Assembly (NCBI GenBank): GCA_013239625.1
Contig: MU057343.1
Coordinates: forward strand, 10,396,825 to 10,460,539
From: Lama guanicoe
Taxonomy: Eukaryota
Direction of reading: 5' to 3'
Length of the DNA stretch: 63,715 bases
Positions 12,385 through 25,674 of the stretch are shown here, one piece after another. The notes beneath the pieces are model-generated. The model was not told the DNA's origin, ran no database searches, and was given only the letters and a program-made list of their open reading frames with translations. The position numbers and the translations under genes were made by a program. How positions within the stretch are numbered: the stretch's first letter is position 1; every line of letters starts with the position of its first letter.

Positions 12385-13075
12385 TGTTATCTCACTCCTC
12401 TCAATACTGGCTCAAGCCACTCTTGTCTTAGAAATAACCTTTCTTGGCCTCATTCATATCCCCTTCTGGCCTCCACTCTGTCTTTTGCCTCTCCTTCACA
12501 GCCAGGTTTCTCAAAAGGTTTGTCTATACTGTGGTCTCCATTTCTTCACTGCTCATCACTCAACCCACTCCAAATGGAATTCCATCTTGGTTACAAATGT
12601 GTACAGTTTCACAAAAGTCATCCATGACTTGTAGGCCACTAAGTCCAATGGACAGTTAGGAACGCTTTTTAGTGTTACTGTATTTTATCTCTCAGGAGCT
12701 TTGGGCACTTTCGACCAATCACTCCTTCATGGGATACTTTTGTCCCCATGGCTTCTGTGACATTCTCTTAGTTTTCCTTCCTACCTCAACAACTGCTCCT
12801 TAATTTTCTTCATTCTTGACTAATCTTTTTTTGCCTTACTTTTCCAGTTAGGATTGAGTTTGGATGCACTTAACAGAAAACAAAAACTCATAGTAACTGA
12901 AATAAGATAGAGTAAATTCTCTTTGAAATGAAGGAAGCCCAAAGGTAGGCCATTACAGGAATTCAGGACCTATCTTTCTGGGGCCTTATTCTGAAGCCCT
13001 GTCTTTCTCATCCTATACTCTTTTTAGTCAAACTCATCCGTGTCCATGGCTTTCAATACCATGCCATACCACTGA
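12385..13075 (+). mobile_element. L2 RT-region fragment, interrupted by a short MLT1-like piece at about 12845-12955
   Basis: ctccttcacagccaggtttctcaaaaggtttgtctatact...aacccactccaa...tccaatggaca...catggcttctgtgaca. Confidence 0.75.
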
Positions 13076-14408
13076 TTACGAACCCATGTTTTTTCAGTGC
13101 TTCATGCCCCTTTGAGCAGAGCTTTTTTGGCAGAACGTTGGCCTTAGAATTTTGAAGGAACACTATATTGTGAGCTTGCACTTGGTTCTGGGTGTGCCCA
13201 TCATGTAGTACAGAGCCGAGGTTCGGGAAATACCAGTTGAAGGTAAATAATGTCAGGACTAGGGAAACCAAAGGAGCCTGGGAAGGAAAAGAGCCAAAGG
13301 AGCCATTTTATGATGCAGCTCCCGTGATGGGTGGGGGGATCTTTGAGGTCACTGAGGAGGAGTGAGAAGGCCGAACTGCCCTGCTTTCACCTCCACTGAT
13401 CCCAGGGAGAGGCCCTTTGCTGCCTCCACAGGCTTTGCTGCCTGCTTGTTCATTCCTCAGTGACACTGTCTGCATGGATATCCCTGCAAAATCCTCGCCA
13501 GCCTGGAGTATCTTGCAAGCAGTCTGGGTATTAAAAATATTCAGTCCAAGAAGTTTTCATTTTCATTACACATTACAGAATTATTGTATAAAGTTTGGGT
13601 AATGAAGATCATTCACATAAAATCCACCTCACAGGAAGTGGTGAAGGCCTGCTCTGTAGAGGAGCCGGGCTAGATGCTCGGGGGAGGAGACGCCTCACGT
13701 CCACAAAGCACACACACAGGCAGACTTGAGAACATTCACATTTCCACTTTATTTAAATCACCAATTTCTTGTTTAGGTTTCTACCCTATGCTGGATGCTC
13801 TATGAAAGGCATTTTGGGCACAAGAATATAAGTTACTCAGAATAAGAATTAGTTCTATTTTTTTCTGATTTTTTATAATGAAGAATTAAGGAGTATCAAT
13901 CCTTGTTTTGGAGCAAAAAGAACAGAGTTGTCAACATTCAATTTGCCTGTAAAGCATTTTTTAGATCTAAGAGATTATTACCATTAACTGTCTACTTTCA
14001 AGATTTTTTTTCCTCAAATTTATTTTTATAGCAGCCCAGGTAAAATGTTTTGTTAAAAAATTAGTTCCATTTCCCTTCCAAATAATATTGGACTAAATAA
14101 CTCAGAAGTTTATCTGGATTAAAAAACCACACAGTCTGCATGTCATTTATAGTCACATGATTCTTGTTAAAGGCGTTTAGGTTTTCTCAGTTTTCTATCA
14201 ATTTGACTATTGATATATGTGGTCACCTTTTTGCTTTATTAGGATAATACTAGAACTACTATGTGAGTCTCATTTTCTTACCAAAAAGAGCCATAAGGGA
14301 AATGATCAAAAACCTTAAAGACAGCATATCAGAGGTAAGAGTATATTTTCTTAAAGTCCAAATTGGAAATAAGACATAACTCTTCTCTTTTAAAGAAATT
14401 ACTGAGTT

Positions 14409-14490
14409 GGGGTGGGTATATTGCTCAGTGGCAGAGTGCGTGCTGGGTTCAGTCCCCAGTAGCTCCATTAAAAAAAGAAAAAAGAAAAAA
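14409..14490 (+). mobile_element. Camelid-type tRNA-derived SINE, internally deleted
   Basis: ggggtgggtatattgctcagtggcagagtgcgtgctgggttcagtccccagtagctccatt followed by an A tail; homologous to the copy at 61523. Confidence 0.8.
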
Positions 14491-15669
14491 TTCTTTAAGA
14501 ATATTTCTAATTGAAGAATCAACAATAGAGCTAAGGAAAAGCTATTGTGGTGCACCAGGTTCAGTAACAGAGTTCCCAGAGATTGTACCCCAGAACCTGG
14601 TGGCCTGTTTAATGGCAAGAATAGGGATAGGAGGGTGAGTATCTGTGATTTCAGTGTGGCCAGAAGTTTCCGTTTCAGCTAGAAGTAGACACTGACTTTC
14701 CACCTTAGTGCACACAGCTCTTTTGTTTTGGGAACGACAGTTCTGTGAGCTCCTTTGTTCTGCAAAGTTAAAGCTGGATCTTTTTCTGGGATGGAGTACT
14801 TAAGATGAAGAGGACATAAGCTATTCTCCATAATATTTTAAAAAATCCTTGCTATGAGCAGAGTTACATCTTTGCAAGATTATAATGATGGTAACTTGGA
14901 AAAAGAAAAGATTTTCTTCTCCTTCAGCCAAAAGGAGAGTGGATGTAGGGCAGGTGAAGGACACATTTATCTGGGGAAGTTCTGCTGATACTGGCCCTGG
15001 GGTGATACTGGCCCGGAGGACTAAGGTGGGAGATATACAGTGGTTGCTTCGTGGACAGCAAAGTGGAACCTGGGACAGCAATCCCCTACATCCAACTGTA
15101 TGATATTGTCCCCTGTGTTGTAATTTCTTTCTGCATCATACCCTAGGCCTTCAGTAAAATTGTGTTAGATGTTGCTACATTTTCTTAGCTGTGCTCTGGC
15201 AATTAAGAGGGAGGCTTGTGACCATGCTTGGGGCCCAGGAATCCAAGGAGAGTCAGAAGCCATGGCAAAATGGCAAGCACTGGGGGCCAGAGAGAGAGGT
15301 GGCTGCATTTTAAGACAAATGGCCATTAGGACAGAACCATGGGACACCTAAGTGTGTCCTGGGGGCTCTCAGGAAGACTTAGACTTGGGGAAAACCTGAC
15401 TTTAAACATGACATTTCTGCACTCATGAAAGGTAGGAATTCTGGCTATATTAAATAAGATTAAAGGGAGGGATGGCTTTTGAAGGTTAAGACTGTAAGAA
15501 AGTCTGTGTCAGACTTGGAAGAGATCTTNNNNNNNNNNNNNNNNNNNNNNNNNNNNNNNNNNNNNNNNNNNNNNNNNNNNNNNNNNNNNNNNNNNNNNNN
15601 NNNNNNNNNNNNNNNNNNNNNNNNNNNNNNNNNNNNNNNNNNNNNNNNNNNNNNNNNNNNNNNNNNNNN

Positions 15670-16812
15670 TTAATTCAGAATAGATCAAAGCTCTAAATTT
15701 CAGAACTATAAACTTTTAAACTCTTAGAAAGCCTGAGGTCAATCTTTGTAATCTCAGATTTGGCAATGAAACATTAAATATGACACCAAGACACAAGCAA
15801 GGAAAGAAAAAGAAAAGATAGATAAATTGAATGTCTTCAATATTAAAAACTTTTGTGTGTCAAAAGATACTATCAAGATATGAAAAGATAATCCATAGAG
15901 TGAAAGAAACACTTGCCAATTATATTTGCAGTAAGGAGCTTGTATCCAAAATATATAAGAACTCTTACAATTTAATAATAGGAAGACATATAAAAAATGG
16001 ACAAAGGATCTGCACAGACATTTCTCCAAAGAAGATATATAAAGAGCCAGTAAACACATGAAAAGATGCTCCACATGTTGCCAAAAGCCACGCTGAGATA
16101 CCACTTCACACGTACTAGTATGAGTATAATAAAGAAGTCTGGTACTAACGAGCATAGGGGAGAGTGAAGGGAAGTTGGAAGCCTCATACATTGCTAGTGG
16201 GAATGTAGAATGGTGCAACCACTTTGGAAAGCAGTCTGGCAGTTTCTCAAATGGTTACAGATAGAATTATCATCTGACTGAGCAATTCCACTCCTCAATA
16301 TTACTTAAATGAAACCACAATATATGCCACAGAAAAACTTATACAGGAATGTTGATAGCAGCATTATTCATAATAGCAAAAAAAAAACTTGGAAACAGCC
16401 CAAATGTTCATTAACTGATGAATAAATTAATAAAATCCAGTATATCCACAATATAAGATATTATTTGGCCATAAAAAGAATGAAGTACTGATTGATGCTA
16501 CAGCATGGAAGAACTTTGAAGATAGTATGCTAAATGAAAGAAGCCAGCCACAAAGTATCACATGTGATTCTGTTTGTATGAAATGTCCAGAATAAGCAGA
16601 CCTACAGAGACAGAGTGTACATTAATTGTTGCCTGGGCTGGGCAGAGGGATAGTGACTGCTGGAAGGTAGAGGATTTCTCTTTTAGTTGATGAGAAAGTT
16701 CTAAAATTGACTGTGGTGATGGTTGCACGTATCTGTGAATATACTAAAACCCACTGACTTCTATACCCTAATGGGAAATTTTATGATATATGAATTATCT
16801 CTCACTTAAACT
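15670..16812 (+). mobile_element. L1MB-type 3' fragment (end of ORF2 plus 3'UTR)
   Basis: gagataccacttcacac...ggtgcaaccactttggaaagcagtctggcagtttctcaa...gttctaaaattgactgtggtgatggttgcac. Confidence 0.88.
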
Positions 16813-16813
16813 G

Positions 16814-16846
16814 GTGTGTGTGTGTGTGTGTGCGTGTGTGTGTGTG
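16814..16846. repeat. (TG)n microsatellite, interrupted
   Basis: Direct reading. Confidence 0.93.
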
Positions 16847-18489
16847 AGAATACATCTAGATTGGCTTCCACTTTAGACACAGTTGGACAACTCATCCATC
16901 CAAAGCCAGGCTCTTCCAGGGAAAGGAAATCTAACCCCTCCTCCAGCTCCTAGCTTCAAACAACCCTCAGGGGCAGAACATGTCATTCTCTAGGCCATAG
17001 GCCCTTTCCTAGCTTTCCTCAGAAATCTTGGTGTTCTACATCTTGGTGTCAAATTTGGACAATTTAGACACCTGTAGGGAAGCCAGGTAGCAGAAATGTG
17101 GTTCAGGGGAAGGGAGCCGTGGGGCATTTGGTGAATGGGGAAGCACTTAGGATCTACCACACTGGGATGTATACCTGGCGTCTCACAACGTGCAGCCCTG
17201 AAAACTCACCAATGACTTTTGAAATTAAAACAAAACAGAACAAAACACAACACAAAGCCAGGTCAAGCAAGGAAAGCACAGTGTTGGGCAAGATTTCTCC
17301 AGTGGGTCCTGGTTTCTTGATCTTTGCTCTATGAGAGATGAGTGGTAGCTCTAAGTGTGACACTTTGCCTTTTCCTGGCTGAATTTTTCAACATTCTCAA
17401 GGGCATATAGTATCAGAAAATCATCTTTCTTTTCCTTATTTGTTATTTCTGGTGCTGGTTGTGTCCTGGGCTGACGAGTTAGTTAAGACCCCCATTCAAC
17501 CAGGAAAGCAGCCTGTATCTAAACCTCTGCTTTAGGCCTTTAATACTGGCTCATATTACCCAGTTTTGAGTTTGCAGCATCCAAAGGTGAAGTGGACGGA
17601 CGTGGCGGTCACTGTTTCTTGTGCTTCCGTTGTGTCTGCAGACAGCCTACAACGTCACCTGCCAGCTCCCACTTGCTCCTCTCTGTTCCCAGCTGGAGCC
17701 CTCATTAGTTGAATTGATTTCTGGGGCTGCAGCACCCGGTCAATGGCAGACACTCCCCACCCTCCCTCCCCCCAGTGAGAGGTAAAAGGCTCCAGTCCCC
17801 GTGGGGCGGTTGTGCTTACTGTAAACCCATCCAGACTCCCCACCGTGTGTTTGCACACAGCCCTCACCTCCTCAGCAGCCTTCTACAAGGACCCCACTCC
17901 ATAGTAAACATTTTAGCAAAGTGCATTTTGTGTGGGGGAGTGAAGTGTGAGCTCCAAAGGGACACTTTGTAGTTGAAGGAAAAGAGGACACCCCAGTTCT
18001 CATACATATAACACTTATTAACGGTTAACACTGAATACCTGGATTTTGTCTGAGCGTGGAATTCTGTTTCTAAACTCCCCCGTTATCGAGAGATCATCAG
18101 GATTAGTTTCACTGGCAAATAATGAGACAGAAAAGGGCCAATTAGAGTATTTAGTCCTCATATGGTACATTTCATCCAAGTGTTTCAAAACCCTTTTTGA
18201 TAGTTATAAAATTTACCCCTCTACCCTCCACCCCAATAGCTTGTCAGATAGGTAAATATTCTTGGCTTGGAACCTAAGTAAGACACGCAGTTGAACCCAG
18301 GAACTTTTCCCCTCAGAAAGCTCTTGACACTTACGCATCATCTCATTGCTCTTTTTCTAATTTCTCCAATCAGTTTCAGTGCAAATTTCCATTTGCTGTG
18401 TGCCCAGGACAAATGAGGGGGCCTTTGTCTTATGTGGTCATTTGATTTTTTTAAGAGCAGGACACTGATCTCAGGCATAAAATCCTTGA

Positions 18490-18548
18490 ATTATAGAGCT
18501 GGAAGGGACCTTTGAAATCACTTGGTCCCATCTCCTTCAATGTAGATT
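18490..18548 (-). mobile_element. MIR3/MIR fragment
   Basis: agagctggaagggacctttgaaatcacttggtcc. Confidence 0.55.
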
Positions 18549-20244
18549 TTTATTCAGGAGACACACAGAGGATGTGGAAATTGGGAGGTTTTTTTTTGTT
18601 TTTTGTTTTTGTCAACCACTAACAGAGATGCAGAGATTACGCCAGTGGTTCTAAACATGGTGAATATTCAGTATGGACATTATAATAGTGAAATACAAAC
18701 ACATCAGCCAACTTCTGAATTTAGATGATTGAATGGAAGATCGCTCTCGTCTACCCACCACACACACATACATAAAAGAAAAAAACAGCCCTGTAAGAAT
18801 TCAATTTGCTGAATTAATCATCATGTTGGTGATATGGGCAGAGTATTGAAAAGACTGAGTTGGGCAGCCTGAGTTGAAGTGTACTGTCTAGTTTTCTTCA
18901 AGGGAGAAAGACTCTGTGTTTAATGGACTCATGTCATCTAGCCATTGATCAGATGAGCTTTTTTAGAAAGGCAGGAATAATCCATCAGGCCTTTCAGAAA
19001 TTGGACAAAATGTTCCACAAGATTGTTCAACTGCTTTCACTCTGATTACATACTCTTCTATCAACTATCTGATTCCTACCTTGGTACTCTAGGCAACTGG
19101 GTCCTGGAAAGGTGGGTTCCTCAAAAGTAGATACAACCTTTGAGTCACTAGTAAGTTCTATCTGCTATAACAAAACTGATGCACTGACTTTCTGATTTAT
19201 ACATCAGTCCCTTATAAGTTTGGTTACTGTGAACCAGCCAGTCATTTCTGGATGAGTCATTCCCTCCCCACCTCCTTCACCAAATGTTGTAACTCTATGA
19301 GACCCAACCGGAGATGGCCTCCTTGTCTCATTATATGTTGCTAAAATCATATGTAAGAATATGTGGGTTTTAACAGGGAAGAGAAACTGGGAAAGGTAAC
19401 ATTTAGTGTAACATAGAGACAGTTGTTGTGGCAGGTTCATCCACAGAGTAGGGGAAGCAAGGAAGAGTCCCTTCTTAAAACTGAGGAGGTGATCTTGAGC
19501 AACACTCCAGGGATCATGGGCACTAGGGGTGCATATGAGAAACAGCAACTGTGGTCTGAAATACTTCAGTCTGGAGCCACGTGTAGAAAAAGAGGGAGTG
19601 AGGAGAGGAGACTTAAGCTCCTGCCGGAGGCCAGTAATGTGAATCATGCGAGGTAAATATTTGCCTGTGGGTTGAAGGGCGCTTGCCTTCTGTGTACACA
19701 ATGCCCTTTAGCGGACAGTTCAGAGACAGCATTTAGCCTTTAAAGGAGGAAGAGGAGTGGGATTGTAGGATCCCTGGGAAACAATGATGGAAGTGAATTA
19801 GTCAGAGGTGTCCCCACATGGGGCTTCACAGCAGGGATACAGATCGTGCATCTGAGCAGAGGCCTCACAGTGAGCGTCAATGGAGTAAGCCACAGGCAAA
19901 GAAGGCAGTTTTAGTAAAGACATTGAGGAACAGCACAGAAAGACAGTTCTGGAAGCAGGAGTGAAAGACACCGTCGGAGGAAGAGTAGCGGTGTGAAAAA
20001 TGCTGTGTTTTAAATATTTTGCAGTGTAGTTCTCTTAGAGGTGAAGTTTCAATAATCCATATGAACTTATTATTCACAATTTTTCTGAAGAATGACAGGC
20101 AAAATGGTCTTCTCTGTTGTTAGGAGTGACAACGGAGCCCAATTATGCAGAATTTCTTTTAATAATGGAGCAGAACGTGCATACTTTCCAGAGGCACGGC
20201 CAGCCAGAAGCCACTGTCACCTTTTCTGTGGAACAAAGGGATAA

Positions 20245-20415
20245 ATTCATCCATTCCTGCCTCTGTCCAGACAGCCACTCAGCATTTACTGAATTGTACA
20301 CCAGGACGGGTAAGTGCAGGATAAAAAATGCTAAATAAGACCCTGCTTTCCCAAAGCTCACGGTGAGTACAGGAGACAGATGGACAGGAAATGACAGTGG
20401 TGTGAGGAGCTCAGC
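20245..20415 (-). mobile_element. L2 3' end
   Basis: attcatccattc...agcatttactga...aataagaccctgctttcccaaagctcac...ggagacaga. Confidence 0.6.
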
Positions 20416-20874
20416 TGAGACCCAAGGGTTTCCCTTCCCAGAGGGGGTTCTCCCCTTCCCACCTACCAGTCAGAAGGTTGTCTCGGTTCCTCATCCTCTC
20501 AAGGGTTGCTGGCCTTGTCACAGACACTGTGACACCCTAGTGACTCAGAGCCTCATCCCCACTGAGCCAGCAGTGCCCGTTCCTTCTCTGTGGAGCCTGA
20601 GGAGGTGAAGAGAGGACAGACTCTCTTTCATTCCCTGACCACTCTGTCCTGCTCATGGCGTCAGACCCACGTGGACTGCTCGCCAAATAGAAAGTTCTCT
20701 CCTGAAAGTTAGGGCAAGCAAACACGGAAGGGAATTAAATTCTGGCTCACTGGAACTTTCCTCTGTGCTGCCCAAGGCAGGCCTTCAAGACTGAAGCATT
20801 CACAGGGTGGATGTCCCACGTGTGATTCCCCACTGCCCTCTTTGCCCCTATGCCCACAGCATCCGTGAAGATGA

Positions 20875-21445
20875 ACTGTCTTTTTAGCTCTAGAAGATTT
20901 TAGGATCTCTGTGTTGTTGGTGTGGAGGTTTTACAAGGGTGTGTGGTTCTTTTATTCCTTGTGCTGAGAACTCATGGACTCCTTTGATATGTAGACTCCT
21001 GAGCTTTTGTTCTTGTATTATGTCTTTGATTGGTCAGAGGTTGGTCCTCCTGGACGGGTAATCTGGGTCTCTTTCCTCTTACTGTGTTTTAGGCTTTGTT
21101 AACTACTTGGTCAGCTTTTCCTTGTCCAGGGCTGTTTCCTTGATTTTATTTCCAAATGTTCTGTTGCAATTTTGTTACTATGACACTGATAATTTTTATT
21201 TTGAAGAATTCTTTATGGGTTTCTGGTTGTTCTTTTATCATAGCAACATGATCTCATTTCACGGATACAGTTTTATCTCAGATGTCTTGCAGAACACCAG
21301 TGAAAGTGATTTTGGTTCACTGAATGATCTCCAGTTCCTCTGGGGTCATGTGTTTGTGTTTATTCATCTCGGTCTTCCTTATTCATGTTTGTGATCTCCT
21401 CAAGTGTCTGATATTCTTTGGTTTTCCATTCATGGGTGATTGATG
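20875..21445 (-). mobile_element. Ancient L1/HAL1 ORF1-region fragment
   Basis: T-rich antisense pattern tagaagattttaggatct...ttttattccttgtgctgagaactcatggactcctttga. Confidence 0.5.
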
Positions 21446-22119
21446 GGATTGGTGTGCAAGCATAGAGGGTGTAGAGTGGCAGGGTGAGCGGGCAGGGAGC
21501 CAGCCAGCATCTTGAGGACTCCTAAATGCTTCAGTGTGAAGGTTTTAGCCGTGTGGTCCCAACCCTCACACTGGCTGCCATGGTTTTCCTGACTGAGTGC
21601 TCAAACTTCTTAAACTAACGTCTGACACTTCCACTTTCCAACAGTCTGAGGAACGTCTTCACCCATCAGATCTACTGGTGTTCTCAACTCCAAATGCCCC
21701 CAGTATATTCTCTTCCTTCACAGACGTGTTTCCTTCCCTGGACTTCCTATTTCTGATAGCTACACAATCTTCCCGGTGTTAAAAACCACAGAATAATTAT
21801 CAGAATGATCTTATCCTCCATACTTAGTCTGTGTCTGAGCCCTTGACGAGACCACCATGCCCATCCTTCCTCTTCCCATCACAGCCTCTCAAGCCAGATT
21901 GTCATCATTTATTCTTTAGAAAACTTCCAGGTTTCCCTTTAGCCTCCTGTCTCGCACTGTCAGATTACTACGCCCTAAATGTAGTTCTCTTTGCATTATT
22001 CTGCTGCTCAAAATTCTTTCCTCTGTCCCTTCTGTTTACTCATTACTGCCCAACTCCTTAATCCAGGGCTTCAGGGGTCCAACCCATTTCTCCCACATCA
22101 CCTGCAGGAGGCAAAAACA

Positions 22120-22350
22120 TGCAGGGTGGGCTCTGAGGACAGGTAGACACAGTCAGGACCTGACTCTGATGCTCACAGGGCAAATTATTTGCCGTTAGTC
22201 GCAGATTTCTCAGCTCTAACTTTGAGATAATAAAAATACAGATTATTGAGAAGATTTAATGAGATAATGTAGCAAAAGAGGTTGTACAGCGCCTGGGGCA
22301 TAAAAATAAATACTATTTAAAGGTTATACTTATGGTTACTTCTTTTGTTA
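22120..22350 (+). mobile_element. MIR SINE
   Basis: gattattgagaagatttaatgagataatgtagcaaaagag...cagcgcctggggcata. Confidence 0.65.
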
Positions 22351-22467
22351 TTATTGTTGTTTACTTCTTGCATCCAGTATCTTTCAGCCAAATTGGTCTC
22401 CTTGTCCCTCTCTGTGCTCTGGCTCAAGTGTCCTTCCTCTCTCTACACTGTCAAACTTTGTTAACAC

Positions 22468-23065
22468 TTTTAAAATTTGTGGTAACATTAAATCATCCAT
22501 TTTAACTATTTTTAAGTGTCCAGTTCAGTGGCATTAAGTGCATTCTCATTGTTGTGCAACCATCACCACCATCCACATCCAGAACTTTTTCATCTTGCCT
22601 GACTGAAAGAAGAATCCCTCACTCCCTCTCCCCCCAGCTTCTGCCAGCCACTGTTCTACTTTCTGGCTCTATGAATTGTGCTCTTCCAGTACACAAAATT
22701 AGTGGAACCATGTAACACTTATCCTTTTGTATCTGGCTTATTTCAGTTAATGTGATACTTCAAGGTTCATCCATGTTATAGCATGTATCAGAATTTCACT
22801 TCTTTTTAAGGCTGAAACATTCCATCATATGGATCTATCACATTAATTATCCATTCGTTCACCATCGGACACTGGGTTGTTTCTGCATTTTGATTATGGT
22901 GAATAATGCTGCTGTGAACATGGATGTGCATGAACGTGGGTATCTGAGTCCATGCTTTCCCTGCTTTTGGTTATATACCCAGAAGTGGAGTTGCTGGATC
23001 ACATTGTTACTCTGTGCTTAGCTTTCTGATGAACTGCCACACTGACTGCCACAGCAGCTATGTAC
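22468..23065 (-). mobile_element. L1MB-type 3' end
   Basis: ccattttaactatttttaagtgtccagttcagtggcattaagtgcattctcattgttgtgcaaccatcaccaccatcc...cccagaagtggagttgctggatcac. Confidence 0.9.
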
Positions 23066-24019
23066 ACTGTCAATTTTAATTGTCCTTTAAGGCCCGGTTC
23101 CTTTGCCACGCCCTCCCTGAAGCTTTTCGGATCCCTTTCTAGACAGAGCTCTGTCTAGAAGGTGTTAGAAGCACTGGGACTGGGCTCTGATTGTGCCACT
23201 GGGGAGGTACATTCCACCACCTTGGGCTATGGTGTTTTGCTTGTAGATCACCTTCCCACAGCCCTCTTCAGGAGCGGCTTGTTTCTCATGCTGCCTCACT
23301 CAGAGCAGGTGCTCGATCTGTACTTTCTGAATGAAAGAAAGAGCAAACGAATGAATGAATGGAGTAATGACCAGCCTTGCTCTGAATTACCAGGAGATGC
23401 TGACACCTCGCAGGGAGGATGCAAGTGGTTAGCCCCCCCTCAATGCTTTCATACAGAGTGAAAGTGGTGAGCCGTTCCTGCAGCATCCTCACAAACCAGC
23501 ATCACGCTCCTCAGTGCTGCTTCCTGGGCTCAGCTGCCTCAGTCGCATTAAGAAGCAGCGTGTGCTGCCGGTGCCTGTCGAATTTCCCTAATAAGGAAAA
23601 CAGGTTGCCACCTGGGTCTGCGGAGACATTTTGAATGCATTGTATTTAAATTTTGTTTTCATTGAGAATTTATAGCCACCCCCTTCTACTCTAATGTAAT
23701 GAATAATTAGAAGCAATTACAGGGAAATTTAGCAAATTACCAAGTCATCTAGGAGTAAAAATTAGTGTTTATGGTGTTTCTCCTTTGCTGTCTGGCAATC
23801 CAAAGTGATATATTATGTGCATGCAGACACCATGCGCAGATACCTTTCTATGCACCTAGCAGTTTTCCAGTAAGATCATAAAAATCAATGCGTGGCAGTA
23901 GAGTCTTGTGACATTAAAGGGCCTGCTTAATAAATATTGGATGATGGGGGCAGGGGAAGAATGGATTTGAGCAGTAGAAACTTAACCACAAAAGATTTTA
24001 TGCTGGTACATTAGAGATA

Positions 24020-24645
24020 ACTTTTTTAAAGTTTATTTTTCAATTTAAAAATGTACATTTTAATTAAAGAAATTAAGGGAGAAAAAACAGAAAAGTGAAA
24101 GAAATTTCACCAAGGCTGCCCAGACTCTCCACCCAGAGATTATTTTTCCATTTTGGTATATTGACTTTATATTTTCTATGCATGTTTGCATGTTTTACTG
24201 TCATAGTTTTTTTTTATCACACTGCACAAAGCATTGCTATTTTGATTTTAAAACTTAATGGAGTCACTTAAGCATACTCTCATGTTGCTATGACCAAGCC
24301 ACATAGATAACACATGATTATTTTACATTCCCTATGACCGTAGTTTTAGCTTGTTTCCACTTTCAAAGTATTATAAATAATACTGCAGGGGACTTCGTAG
24401 TACATACAGCTTTTTTCCTATATTTTAAAATTAGGATTCTTAAAAAGGATTCCTGAGATGTAGGCTTTTTAAAATTCTTGATTCTTTTTTACCTAATTGC
24501 TTTCCTAAGAGCTTGTAGTTATTTGCTTCTTAACCTGTGACGTTGAGAGTACCTGTTTGGCGCCACCAGTACAAGCGCCAAAGAGAACTGTTGAAGCATT
24601 TTCCTACTTTAAGAGGTAGTTTTTATTTCTCTGGTTATAACTGAG
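24020..24645 (-). mobile_element. Ancient L1ME-type fragment
   Basis: ttgtttccactttc...tattataaataatactgcagggga...cctaattgctttcctaagagcttgtag...gagagtacctgttt. Confidence 0.6.
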
Positions 24646-24659
24646 GTTGGGTGAAGTTG

Positions 24660-25090
24660 GAATGAGTCAGATTCAGTAGCTGGGAATAGAATTCACCTGC
24701 TCTAGTTTATGGAGATTTATTTCATTACATGCTTTGCAAAAGAAACAGGACTGGGCTGAGCTCTAAGATAGGACTTTGAGGGCCACATCACAGAACTGGG
24801 TCACAGCAAGAACCGCTTCTGCCCTGTGAAGCTACCACAGCTGGGGGAGGAGGGAATCTGTACAGGAAAACCAGAGAGCCCACCGCAGTGTTTACCAATG
24901 GAAATGGAGAAAGGAACACAAAACACAGCCTTACCTCATTTCTGCCTTGCAGTTTAAATCCCATCTGTCACTGTGGTGGCCAGGGAGTCCTATAAATAAA
25001 GATTTGAGATTTCCAGCTTCTGCAGTACAGGAAGACCCATTAGGAGGAGGGCCAGATGGATGTCAGGTGCTGATCTCCCATGTCCACCAC
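24660..25090 (-). mobile_element. Ancient MaLR/ERVL-like LTR remnant
   Basis: MLT1-like terminal motifs (gccagggagtcc...ccagcttctgcagt...atgtccaccac); family uncertain. Confidence 0.4.
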
Positions 25091-25585
25091 GACATTGTTC
25101 AAAATGTCTGGAATGTTTGCTAACCTGGTGTCTCACCTCTTAAATGAATTATCATTTTCTAAGCTTTTCTAGGCTATCTGGTAAAAGAAGCTGCTAGTGA
25201 CTAGAAGGACATGATGGCATTATTTCTGAGGAGCTTATAGCCTTGCCTTTGGTAGAATTGAAGGTGAGGAGAAAGTGAGACAGGGCGAGAGATGACTCCA
25301 CTGGCTCCCAAACTGCAGGGCCGGGGTGGGGGTGGGGTCCAAAATTTTAAAGTGGATTTCTTCGCGCATATATCAAGATTTAAACGTCACAAAGAGATAA
25401 ATTAACTCTATTAACAACAGTGTAGTCATTCAAACATTATTTTCTCTTCCTGCTAATACTTGGGTCTTATTCATTTATTAACTTCTTAAGCAACTTGTTT
25501 CCTTATTGAATAAATTATGATCATTTACGCATAATCAGTAATCAAAGTAATAAATCAAACTCCATCATAGCCTCGGCTTACGTCC

Positions 25586-25674
25586 TAGGGCTGTGCAGCA
25601 CCAGGGATCACTGTTCACACAGAAGAGAATCTGAATGGCACCCTGTGGAGCTGTGCTCAGTCGCAGAGGCCCTG
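25586..25674. mobile_element. MER91-like hAT-Tip100 MITE
   Basis: Termini tagggc...gccctg; internal aatctgaatggcaccctgtggagctgtgc. Confidence 0.6.

Larger units (their letters stand above)
21700..23350 (+). mobile_element. L2 3' part, interrupted by MIR and L1MB insertions
   Basis: L2-like sequence at 21700-22110 and 23080-23350, ending caggtgctcgatc...tgaatgaaagaaagagcaaacgaatgaatgaatg. Confidence 0.6.
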
